From the NCBI GenBank assembly GCA_019058295.1, contig JAHPZI010000006.1, positions 32,001 through 96,000 of the forward strand: a DNA stretch of 64,000 nucleotides, written 5' to 3'. The notes beneath the pieces were generated by a model that was given only the letters and a program-made list of their open reading frames with translations, did not search any database and was not told the DNA's origin. The stretch comes from Promethearchaeota archaeon. Its GTDB lineage: Archaea; Asgardarchaeota; Lokiarchaeia; Sigyniarchaeales; SOKP01. Both the position numbers and the translations under genes were made by a program. Below, piece by piece: positions 49,896 to 59,043 of the stretch (its first letter is position 1; every line of letters begins with the position of its first letter).

Positions 49896-50783
49896 TCACT
49901 TTAAAGCAGCTTTGATTTTTGGTAAAGAACTAATTAACATATTAATTGCATTATTAATCCCTTTCTCAAGATTAGGATGAATCTCATTCGTTTTAAATAT
50001 ATCATATTTAGAGGACGGCATATCAGATACGGATAGAATTGAGGCAGTTTTTATATTAAATAATTTTCCTAATAGAAATAAAATTGAATTTTCCATATCA
50101 ATTCCTAAGACATTTATTGATTTTAATGAGTTGATAAACTCGTCGGTCTCACAAAACAGGGCGTCAGTTGTCCAAAAATCAACCTCTTTAACTTGATTAG
50201 GATTTTTAGATTTAGCTTCGTTAAATAATAATTCCCTTAATTGATTGTTTGGCTTGGTAATGAATACCATTTGATTACCCGCTTTAATATCTTTAATTTT
50301 CGAAATGGGATTTGATATTGATTCTAATTGATTAATCAACTCGGGATACTTAAGAATATAATGAGGAGATGTCCCATCGCCACAATAAGCAAGTTTGGGG
50401 ATTAAAATATCACCCACGTTAATTTTATTATTCTGGTTATCAATACCTCCACAAAAATCAACTCTTAGAATTACTTTTGTATTACATCTTTTCAAGCATT
50501 CCATAGCAGTAGCACAGTTAGGACACCCAACTAAAGAACGGATTACACTTACCTTAACTCCATTTAGCAATCCATTATAAACTCTACCGCGAACTCTTTT
50601 GTTTTGAAGTTTGCTAATCAATTTTTTCATTACAAATTTGACTGCTGGTAGGATAACAATGTCGGGATTTACACTTTTAGAAGAGGTCTCTAAAAATAAT
50701 CTTACAATTTTCTCATCTACACTCATAAATTTTAATCCAACGTTTATCAAATCTGACTTTATTCTATTTAACATTTTAAACAA
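49896..50783 (-). CDS. Nucleoside phosphorylase family (PNP/UDP) protein; likely start at ATG 50726
   Basis: LRVDFCGGI, GDILIP, DGTS..Y, WTTDALF.E, IDMENS, SVSD. Confidence 0.85.
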   Translation of the reverse strand: MFKMLNRIKSDLINVGLKFMSVDEKIVRLFLETSSKSVNPDIVILPAVKFVMKKLISKLQNKRVRGRVYNGLLNGVKVSVIRSLVGCPNCATAMECLKRCNTKVILRVDFCGGIDNQNNKINVGDILIPKLAYCGDGTSPHYILKYPELINQLESISNPISKIKDIKAGNQMVFITKPNNQLRELLFNEAKSKNPNQVKEVDFWTTDALFCETDEFINSLKSINVLGIDMENSILFLLGKLFNIKTASILSVSDMPSSKYDIFKTNEIHPNLEKGINNAINMLISSLPKIKAALK

Positions 50784-50926
50784 TTTTTTTTATAATTTAT
50801 AACTACCACATTAATTACTTCAAAACTTATAATTATTAATCGTTTTTTTTTTTTATTTACTTACATTAAATACATTTATTAATAGATATTAAATCATCAG
50901 AAAAATACAGTGAAGCTTGGTTAACT

Positions 50927-52225
50927 TTGATGGGAAATAGATATATCATCGATAATAAAATTACAAATAAATTTGTTGAAATATATACGAAAACAACTTA
51001 TAGAATTATCGGAAATAATAAACACTCTGCTATTAAACCTTGTCATTGGCTCGAACAGAAATTAATGACAGGTAGAGAAAATAGAAATTGTTATAAGAGC
51101 ATTTTTGGAATTCAAAGTCATAAGTGTCTTCAGAATAGTCCCTCTTTCCCCTTTTGCAATCATCAGTGTGTTTTTTGCTGGCGAGATATTGAAAATGGAG
51201 ATCTAGGAAGCGATTTTATCGTTGAGCCAGACGAACCCAGAGATTTAGTTAATGAGATGATCCGACATCATCAAGACATTATCCAAAATCATTTACCCTT
51301 AAGAAGATATTTGGATAACTATGAAATTATGAATGAAATCCTTTATTACATGCTCAAAAATGGAGAGCACTGTGATATCAATCAGTTATCTAATATTATT
51401 CACGTTAGTCGAAATAAAATTGAACGAGCATTGATTTTACTAAAAAATCAAAAATTTATACACTCTATCGATAATACTTATAAAAATTTTAAACTTGAAG
51501 AAGATATTAAAAGTTGTATTAATTCAAAAGAAGAGATTCAAAGCTTAATCCATAGTGAACTTACAACTCCAGATGAAATTATGCAAACACATTCCGAAGC
51601 TATCTATCCAAATCACGCAGCTATTTCTCTTGATGGAGAACCGTTATTGTATCCTAAAATATCTGAACTCGTTGAAGAATTTAAAACTCGAAAGATGACT
51701 ACATTTATCGTGACAAATAGTACTTTACCAGAAAAGATTGAATCTTTAGATTCGTTACCTTCACAATTATATCTTACTCTGCCAGCTTCAAATGAAGAAG
51801 TTTACAAAAAAACTTGCCGTCCAATGATTAAAAATGGGTGGAAAAAAATTGAAGCCTCTTTAGATATGATTGAATCGCTATCCTGTAGAACTCTCGTAAG
51901 ATTAACTGCTGTTAAATCCCTTAATGTTAAGCTGGACGAAAGTCTAATAAAAAATTATGTTAAAATTATTGAAAAAGCAAATCCTAACTTTTTCGAAATT
52001 AAAGGTTTTACATTACAAGCAAAGGCTTTATTAATAAAAGAACGATTAAAAAGCGATAACCCAGTCAATTATTACTTTCCAGAATATGATTATTTAGAAC
52101 AAATCGCTTTAAAATTTGAGGAGTTGGGAAATTTTCCCTTGATTTATACAAATAAAGATAGCAGAGATTTCTTGTTTGCTGTGAACTGGGATAAAAATAA
52201 AGATCCTAAATTAAGAAAACCCTAA
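50927..52225 (+). CDS. taw1: Radical SAM 4-demethylwyosine synthase Taw1/TYW1 with internal insertion
   Basis: HSAIKPCHW, CYK..FGIQSH.C, CNHQCVFCWR, HAAISLDGEP, TTFIVTN, F.EIKG. Confidence 0.95.
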   Translation: MMGNRYIIDNKITNKFVEIYTKTTYRIIGNNKHSAIKPCHWLEQKLMTGRENRNCYKSIFGIQSHKCLQNSPSFPFCNHQCVFCWRDIENGDLGSDFIVEPDEPRDLVNEMIRHHQDIIQNHLPLRRYLDNYEIMNEILYYMLKNGEHCDINQLSNIIHVSRNKIERALILLKNQKFIHSIDNTYKNFKLEEDIKSCINSKEEIQSLIHSELTTPDEIMQTHSEAIYPNHAAISLDGEPLLYPKISELVEEFKTRKMTTFIVTNSTLPEKIESLDSLPSQLYLTLPASNEEVYKKTCRPMIKNGWKKIEASLDMIESLSCRTLVRLTAVKSLNVKLDESLIKNYVKIIEKANPNFFEIKGFTLQAKALLIKERLKSDNPVNYYFPEYDYLEQIALKFEELGNFPLIYTNKDSRDFLFAVNWDKNKDPKLRKP

Positions 52226-53440
52226 TCAGTTATTTAAAATAAGTTTCATGAATTCTTCTCCATTCTCAATTAAACCATACTCACCTTTTTCACCAGTGTT
52301 TTCAGAATATTCTCGCTGAGATTTTGATAGCTTTTTAGGATTATAAATAACAAAAGGTATTGGATCACTAGTATGTGTACGTTTTTTGCATGGAGTTGGA
52401 TGATCTGGTAGAACTACAATAACTAATTCATTATTAAATTCTTTTTCTGCTTCAATAAATGGTTTTACAATCTTTAAATCAAAATCTTCTAACGCAGCTA
52501 TTTTCTTTTTGGGATCTCCTGTATGGCCCATCTCATCTATAGCTTCTATATGTAAATATACAAAATCTTTTTCTCTTAATTGTTTTAAGGCAGCCTCTAC
52601 TTTGCCCTCATAATTTGTATCTGGTAAACCAGTAGCACCCTCAACTCGAATGGGTTTGAGTCCTGCAGCAATTCCGATACCAAATATTAGATCGACAGCA
52701 GAAATAACAGCGCCCTCTTTTCCGTATTTTTCTTTAAAAGATTTAATATTTGGTCTTTTACCAACCCCCCATGGCCAAATGTGGGTCGCAACTACTTTTC
52801 CCTCTTTTTTCCTCTCTTGATTAATCCTATCATTCCTAAGTGGTTCCTGACTCTCTTCAATAAGTTTATTTATATAACTTGCAGTTTTTATTGCTTTTTC
52901 GTCATTAGGATCTTTAGGTATTGTTAAGTAATCTTTATATGGTTTTCCAAGATGATCATGTGGAGGATATTGATGGATATTAGCGGAATAATTATTTCCA
53001 TCAAGCTTTAAAATGTGGCGATATTGTACACCAGCAGAAAATTCTGCACCAGTAGTATATGTTAGGTTATCAATTAAATGCTTAGCTTCGCCAGTAGTTA
53101 TATGACCTGAAGAATAATCATAAATAAATCCATCTTTAATATTTATTAAATTAACTCTAAACACAATATCATTCTCTTTTAATTTTACTCCAGCACTTAA
53201 AGCTTCAAATGGTCCACGACCACTATAGTCATTTTCAGGGGCATAACCTAAGATAGTCATATTTGCAACTCCACTATCCGCAGGCATATCGTCAGGAATT
53301 GTCTTTAACATCCCCATCTGACCATGACTGGCAAGCCAATCTAAGTTAGGAGTTTTTGCTGCTTCGAAGACAGTTTTATGCCCCAATTCCTCAATCGGCC
53401 AATCCGCTGCCCCATCACAAATTAATATGATATACTTCAT
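52226..53440 (-). CDS. apgM: 2,3-BPG-independent phosphoglycerate mutase (archaeal type)
   Basis: DGAAD, A.TPNLD, DSGVAN, GRGPFEA, DEMGH, PDHPTP, THTSDP. Confidence 0.96.
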   Translation of the reverse strand: MKYIILICDGAADWPIEELGHKTVFEAAKTPNLDWLASHGQMGMLKTIPDDMPADSGVANMTILGYAPENDYSGRGPFEALSAGVKLKENDIVFRVNLINIKDGFIYDYSSGHITTGEAKHLIDNLTYTTGAEFSAGVQYRHILKLDGNNYSANIHQYPPHDHLGKPYKDYLTIPKDPNDEKAIKTASYINKLIEESQEPLRNDRINQERKKEGKVVATHIWPWGVGKRPNIKSFKEKYGKEGAVISAVDLIFGIGIAAGLKPIRVEGATGLPDTNYEGKVEAALKQLREKDFVYLHIEAIDEMGHTGDPKKKIAALEDFDLKIVKPFIEAEKEFNNELVIVVLPDHPTPCKKRTHTSDPIPFVIYNPKKLSKSQREYSENTGEKGEYGLIENGEEFMKLILNN

Positions 53441-53485
53441 GAACTAATTATCGAGTGATAATAATTATTTTAAAATGATATTACC

Positions 53486-54127
53486 TTAAACTTTTTTGAT
53501 GTCTTTTTGATATTTATGAATTATCTTTCTGAGTTTCTCTAAGTTGGTTTTTTTCAATGCAGAAAATTCTAGAAAAGGAATCTCAGCTTCTTTACCATAC
53601 TTAAAATTGTCTAAATGGATAAAAGACAAACCATATTCTTTTGCTGATTCAAGAAATAAATTAATAATACTTCTTTTATCGATATGTGAAACTTTATCAA
53701 TTTTATTTATAAGAATTAAGAGTGGAATGCTATATTCTTTCAGAAAATTGATTAATTCAAAACTTAATGGAATTGACTCCCTATTTTGAATAAAATATTT
53801 ATTAATTTCATCTTCAATTCTTAGAGCATTTAAAACGACTAATCCAAGAAAATAATCTTTATTGCACTTTTCAATGTGAATTATTATTTGTTTTTTAATG
53901 TGTTCTTCTCTCCTACGACTCGAATGTTTCATATAACCGAATCCAGGTAAATCGACAATTTGATAGGGTAAATTAGGTTGCGAAATTGGTTTTATTAGCA
54001 TTGTACTACCAGGTTTTTTACCTGCTTTTCCCTTGAATTTGCTTGGATTTGGTAATAATAACCGAGTTATAGAACTCTTTCCGACATTAGAATTTCCAAT
54101 AATTAACAAGGATGATTTTTTCTTCAT
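53486..54127 (-). CDS. engB: GTP-binding protein EngB/YihA family
   Basis: GNSNVGKS, GKKPGST, DLPGFG, NKID, SA.K. Confidence 0.9.
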   Translation of the reverse strand: MKKKSSLLIIGNSNVGKSSITRLLLPNPSKFKGKAGKKPGSTMLIKPISQPNLPYQIVDLPGFGYMKHSSRRREEHIKKQIIIHIEKCNKDYFLGLVVLNALRIEDEINKYFIQNRESIPLSFELINFLKEYSIPLLILINKIDKVSHIDKRSIINLFLESAKEYGLSFIHLDNFKYGKEAEIPFLEFSALKKTNLEKLRKIIHKYQKDIKKV

Positions 54128-54146
54128 TTTACTATAATTAAAAAGC

Positions 54147-54995
54147 TTAAATATCTAAGAAATCGTCTTTGAGGAAGTCCCTAAACATTTCTTTTTTCTT
54201 TCCTTCTTCGATAACGGGTCTTGTGCTAATAGGCTTTCCTGCTTTTTCTAGAATCTCTTTTAAATCTTCAATATTAACTTTAGGATTAACTTTAAATTTA
54301 CCACTCATGTATCGGATAATTTTTTCATTCTTTAACGATAATCTTAAAATATAGCCGAGTCCAAAATAAAATTGAGGTTCTGGTATTGGATCGATTGCAC
54401 TTTTACTAGTTATTTCTTTTAAAATATCATATAATAAAGATTTACTCGCAGTATGATCTTCTACTTCGAAGACCAAATAATAAAGCGAATGGTACCATAT
54501 TTTTTCGCGCTTTTGTTTAACATACTCTAAAAATTTTTCAGGTGTAATTATTTCCTTTTCTTCTTTTTTTTTTTTTTCTAACAATTCCAGTTTAATTCTT
54601 TCTTCTAACTCTCCAGAAATCTCTTGAGTAGGTTTAGGCTCAACTTCACCTTCAGAAAGGCTGTGTAATTCCTCTTTTTTAACGCTTTCAATTGCTTGTT
54701 TCATTTCTTTTAATTCATCAAAATCAATTTGTTCTATATCTGAAAAATCTGAGATTAAATCCTCTTTTTGTTGTATATAATCACTTATTTCATTTTCACT
54801 CTCAGGAATCTCTGTATCTTCACTCTTTATATCTTCTTCTTTAACTTTAGCTATTGCTTCTTGCATTTCCTGAATCTCTTCGAATTCTAAATCATCTAAA
54901 TCTGAAAAATCTGTTTCAAGAAGTTCCATATCTTTTAAATAATCTTGTAAATCGTCTTCGTTTAATTCATCTTTTTCTTCATGATTTTCGTTCAT
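54147..54995 (-). CDS. Hypothetical protein: duplicated acidic N-terminal motif + folded (wHTH-like) C-terminal domain
   Basis: Two copies of L..DFSD....F.E..EM..AI..VK.E; C-term KIWYHSLYYL...FYFGLG..LRL. Confidence 0.75.
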   Translation of the reverse strand: MNENHEEKDELNEDDLQDYLKDMELLETDFSDLDDLEFEEIQEMQEAIAKVKEEDIKSEDTEIPESENEISDYIQQKEDLISDFSDIEQIDFDELKEMKQAIESVKKEELHSLSEGEVEPKPTQEISGELEERIKLELLEKKKKEEKEIITPEKFLEYVKQKREKIWYHSLYYLVFEVEDHTASKSLLYDILKEITSKSAIDPIPEPQFYFGLGYILRLSLKNEKIIRYMSGKFKVNPKVNIEDLKEILEKAGKPISTRPVIEEGKKKEMFRDFLKDDFLDI

Positions 54996-55111
54996 ATTTT
55001 AATCATTAATAAAATATTTTCGCTTTTTATCAATAAAATTATAGTTTTTTAATACTTTAAATATTAATAATCTGGAAAAAATAAAAATAAGCAATAAAAA
55101 TATTATATTCT

Positions 55112-57364
55112 TTAAGTTCTCTTGTAGATGAATCTCTCCCAGGATTTTGCGGATGGCATTGATTCTGGCATTCCTTTGCGTTTTCTTATCTCTAAAATAA
55201 CATCTTCTTCTAACGAACTAGGAACTTTTTCAAAACCAAGAAATTCATAGCCAAAGAAAGCACGGCCCTGAGTAGTGCTTCGAATCTCATCTGCAATTCC
55301 AATTATTTCCGCTGCGGGAATTTGTCCTTGAACTCTCACATATTCTCCTTCAGGAATAACATTATGAATCCGGCCTCGATGTTTGAGTATTATTGAATTA
55401 ACACCCCCTTCGGTTCCTTGAGGGGTTTTTACATCAATCTTCTGAATGGGTTCGAAAAGATGAGGTCCAGCTTCTAACATTGCCAATGATAAAGCAGAAT
55501 ATGCCATGCTGGCGGTTTGTGCAAATTGAGTGTGTCTAGGGTCCTCATGGATAACCATGTCTGTAAAAGTTGCTCTAATTCCCATGGCAGGTTCCTTCGC
55601 TATAATACACTCTTCAAGCCAATTTCTAAAGGAGCTCACTAAGTCATTTTTGACACGATCAAATCGCTGTAATCCAGATGTTCCATTAACAAGGATATTT
55701 CCTTTATAAACATCAACGATACGTCTTGCTTCTTTCGCATCCCATCCTGCTTCTTCTCTTAGGATTTGAGCCCGCTCTTTTTCATTTTGCAAATCGGTAA
55801 TTTTACCTAAATCTATTAATTCCTCGGTTTTATTATCTAAAGGTTCAACATATAATAATAACCGATTATGCGCATTTGATGATTTAGTGTGATATTCTTT
55901 GCTTTTCTTACTAATTTTTTCTCTATACACTATGATGGGTTCTCCTATTTCAATATTAACTTGATTATTTATCCTTTTGGTCAAGATTTCAATTTGCAAT
56001 GGGTCAATCCCGCTTAAGATATACTCCATTGACTCTTTATTGAGTCGGAATTCAGCCGTAGGATCCGCTTGCAACCATTTCCCTACGACTTCTCCTAATT
56101 TTGCTAGATCATGAGGATCTTTGGGTTTAATACTTCTCGATACAACTGCTCTACAGGCGTAATTTATTTTTTCAAACGATGGAAGATTTGCTGCTTCATC
56201 TTTATCCTTAGGTATTTTATCAGATGCTAAAAAAGTCTCTCCTGAAGGGCAAATAAATCCATATAATGCAAAAAGATTCCCTGCGGGAATACTTGAAATA
56301 TCTAATATATCTGTAATCTCCATAACACCTAATCTTTTTACTCGATTACTAGTTTTGCTATTAACCAGATATAATGAGTCGGTTTGGTCAAAAGTACCTG
56401 AGAATACTCGACCGATTAAAGTTGCTTGATAATTTTTCTTAGGATCAAGGAATATTTTAGTAATCATACCATAGAGAGGTCCTTTCGGATCACTTTTTTG
56501 TAAGGCTTGACCAAGTTCAGAATTAAGATCGCCCCCCCAAATATGAGGTATTCTATATTTTGCGGCAGAAATAGGATTGGGTAAATGATCAACAACCATT
56601 CGTAGTATTGGCTCATCAAGAGGTAAGTTTTCTCTTAACCACATGATATCTCCTTCGTTATATTTCGCAAAAACATCTTGAGGTTTTAATTTCTTCTCCA
56701 GCAAAATTTCATAAGTAAAACCCCATCCATGTTTTGCTGAACCGACTGCTACACTATTTTTAGCAAAGTCAATTGACCAATCTGATCCTTCAGGTCTTAC
56801 CTTCTTAATTAGATCATTAACATCTCGCGTAATTTTATCTATTTTTGCGAAAGTGTCTTTTGGACTTAATTTTAATTCGCTAATCAATCTGTCAACTTTA
56901 TTAATGAACAAAACTGGTTTGCAGAACTCTTCGCCTACAGCAAGTCTGATGTTCGTTTCCGTCTGAGTCATTATTCCTTCTAACGCATCAACTAATATGA
57001 TGGCCCCGTCACTTCCTCGAAGGGCACGAGAAACTTCACCAGTGAAAGATATATGCCCAGGTGTATCATTTAGCTGAAAAATATAAGGTTCATCATCATC
57101 AGGGTGTCTTGGATCTTGAAAAGCGAGCAATACGACACTTGTGAAAATTGTAATGCCACGTTCTTGTTCCTCATCGTCGCTGTCAGTCATTTGTAACTGA
57201 CCTGCGTCTTCAGGTCTCATAAGTCCAGCCCGTCTTAATAGATAATCAGTCGCTGTGGTTTTACCATGATCAATATGAGCTGTAATACTGAAAATTCTTT
57301 TTTTCTCGTATGAGCCAGAAGTAACAAGTTTAGCAATTTCTTCCGGATTCTTTACTTTAACCAT
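55112..57364 (-). CDS. fusA: Elongation factor 2, divergent (Asgard aEF-2/aEF-2p type)
   Basis: AHIDHGKT, EQERGITI, DTPGH, NKVD, PIIVYRE, HEDPRH, R..TQGRA, IRKRKG. Confidence 0.95.
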   Translation of the reverse strand: MVKVKNPEEIAKLVTSGSYEKKRIFSITAHIDHGKTTATDYLLRRAGLMRPEDAGQLQMTDSDDEEQERGITIFTSVVLLAFQDPRHPDDDEPYIFQLNDTPGHISFTGEVSRALRGSDGAIILVDALEGIMTQTETNIRLAVGEEFCKPVLFINKVDRLISELKLSPKDTFAKIDKITRDVNDLIKKVRPEGSDWSIDFAKNSVAVGSAKHGWGFTYEILLEKKLKPQDVFAKYNEGDIMWLRENLPLDEPILRMVVDHLPNPISAAKYRIPHIWGGDLNSELGQALQKSDPKGPLYGMITKIFLDPKKNYQATLIGRVFSGTFDQTDSLYLVNSKTSNRVKRLGVMEITDILDISSIPAGNLFALYGFICPSGETFLASDKIPKDKDEAANLPSFEKINYACRAVVSRSIKPKDPHDLAKLGEVVGKWLQADPTAEFRLNKESMEYILSGIDPLQIEILTKRINNQVNIEIGEPIIVYREKISKKSKEYHTKSSNAHNRLLLYVEPLDNKTEELIDLGKITDLQNEKERAQILREEAGWDAKEARRIVDVYKGNILVNGTSGLQRFDRVKNDLVSSFRNWLEECIIAKEPAMGIRATFTDMVIHEDPRHTQFAQTASMAYSALSLAMLEAGPHLFEPIQKIDVKTPQGTEGGVNSIILKHRGRIHNVIPEGEYVRVQGQIPAAEIIGIADEIRSTTQGRAFFGYEFLGFEKVPSSLEEDVILEIRKRKGMPESMPSAKSWERFIYKRT

Positions 57365-57504
57365 ATCTTTTCACATTATTTCAATTTTTGAGGTATTATA
57401 TCACAAAAAAATATGGGAAAACATAAAAATTTTGTGAAACAAGGCTATAAATCCTTAATTTTAGACAGTTTCATATTAAAAAAGATTAGTCGTTATTTCT
57501 TTTA

Positions 57505-58962
57505 TTATAAATAAAATGGCAAAACCATCTCCTTTAAGACATATATTACCCTTTTTCCCGTAACTGTCTTACAACCAAACGAGTTTGAAATATTTATAAT
57601 GTTTAAATTATCAGGAATTTTATTTCTGATGAAGTCTTTTAAAAATTCTAAAAATATTGTAAATTTTCTCTCCGTTTCAATCCATAAATATCCTTTTTCT
57701 TCGAAAAATTTAGGATTTTTCTCTTTAAATTGACGGGCATGAAATTTATCTTTCACTGGTGGACCTTTGCGTATATAAGTGGGAGAAATTATAGGTTTTT
57801 CGCAAAATATCGCTACATTATATTCATTAAGTTCTACTTCAAAATATAATTCAAAAACTATATTTTCAAATCTTTTTGCATGAGAAAACTCTTTTTCTCC
57901 GTTTGCTTTGATGCTATGGCATAATGAATATAATTTATCTCTATTAATCGTATAATGGACATCATCATTAACATTTTTAAATTCTAAAACATAAATTTTT
58001 GAAATTAAAGGATCTTCAGAATTAGATAAGTCCACTTTAGGGATTGGTTTTATTCTAAAAAAGTTAATATTTGGATTTTTTAAGAAAGCTTTAACTATTT
58101 TATTACAATATTTATATGCCTTCTCGGATATCGCCGATGCTACATTCCTATTTTTATCAATAGGATCTGTAATAATAAGAAAATCGTTTTGGAAATGAAT
58201 TATCTTCTCTAATTCTTTTTTACTTCTATTAAAATAGTCTAAAGGATTTTCTTTTAAATCATTAAAGTTTTCAAAAACTTTTTGAATCGTTCCAAAATGA
58301 TATATTAATAATTCAGCGCTATATCCAATGAAACCAACCTTTCCAACTGCGCTCTTGTCACCATAACTATGGCAAGATTTAAAAAATTGTTTTAAAAGCC
58401 TAACATCATTTTTTTGATTGTTTGAGAGATTATCCCTAACAAACCATCCATGCCATGGTGACCTATCAACTGCAGTTATAGGTCCATTTTCTCTTATAAA
58501 TTCAAGGTCCAAATCAAAATAAAGAACGATATTAAACTCAATTTTTGTATCCTGAGTAATATAATCTACAGTTACATAAGGATGTTCAGCATATAATAGG
58601 CGGGCATTTTGAAATTCTTTTAAATTTAAGACTTTTAGGATCCACTCATTACACAATTTTAAAAAATCTTTTTTCGATGCTTTCTTTAATTTATTTTTAC
58701 TTAATCCCCTATATCTTGGTTCATATGATTCGTAATTTAATCCAATAAATAAATCAATATCAAAATCGTTTTTTAACTGAGTTTGTTTAATTCCAGTGGA
58801 CCCTTGAGGTTCGATTTTAGTATATTCAATATTTAATTCCTTCGCTTTATTTTCTAATAAGGACTTTAAATTCTTAGTAACTCTTTCAATGATAGCTAAT
58901 TCTTGATCGGTTGGTATAATTTCCTTTAATCCTTTATTTAGGATATCATTTATTGAGTTCAT
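57505..58962 (-). CDS. cca: CCA tRNA nucleotidyltransferase, class I (archaeal)
   Basis: GS...T.L..DFDIDLF, YAEHPY, TAVDRSP.H, VRLLKQF, GF.GYSAELLI, DPID..RNVASA, GPP. Confidence 0.95.
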   Translation of the reverse strand: MNSINDILNKGLKEIIPTDQELAIIERVTKNLKSLLENKAKELNIEYTKIEPQGSTGIKQTQLKNDFDIDLFIGLNYESYEPRYRGLSKNKLKKASKKDFLKLCNEWILKVLNLKEFQNARLLYAEHPYVTVDYITQDTKIEFNIVLYFDLDLEFIRENGPITAVDRSPWHGWFVRDNLSNNQKNDVRLLKQFFKSCHSYGDKSAVGKVGFIGYSAELLIYHFGTIQKVFENFNDLKENPLDYFNRSKKELEKIIHFQNDFLIITDPIDKNRNVASAISEKAYKYCNKIVKAFLKNPNINFFRIKPIPKVDLSNSEDPLISKIYVLEFKNVNDDVHYTINRDKLYSLCHSIKANGEKEFSHAKRFENIVFELYFEVELNEYNVAIFCEKPIISPTYIRKGPPVKDKFHARQFKEKNPKFFEEKGYLWIETERKFTIFLEFLKDFIRNKIPDNLNIINISNSFGCKTVTGKRVIYVLKEMVLPFYL

Positions 58963-59043
58963 ACAATTTTAGTTTTAATTCAGTAATTAAAGTGAATAAC
59001 TTAACTGTTTTATATTGAAATTCTGATATTTTTAATCACCCGA

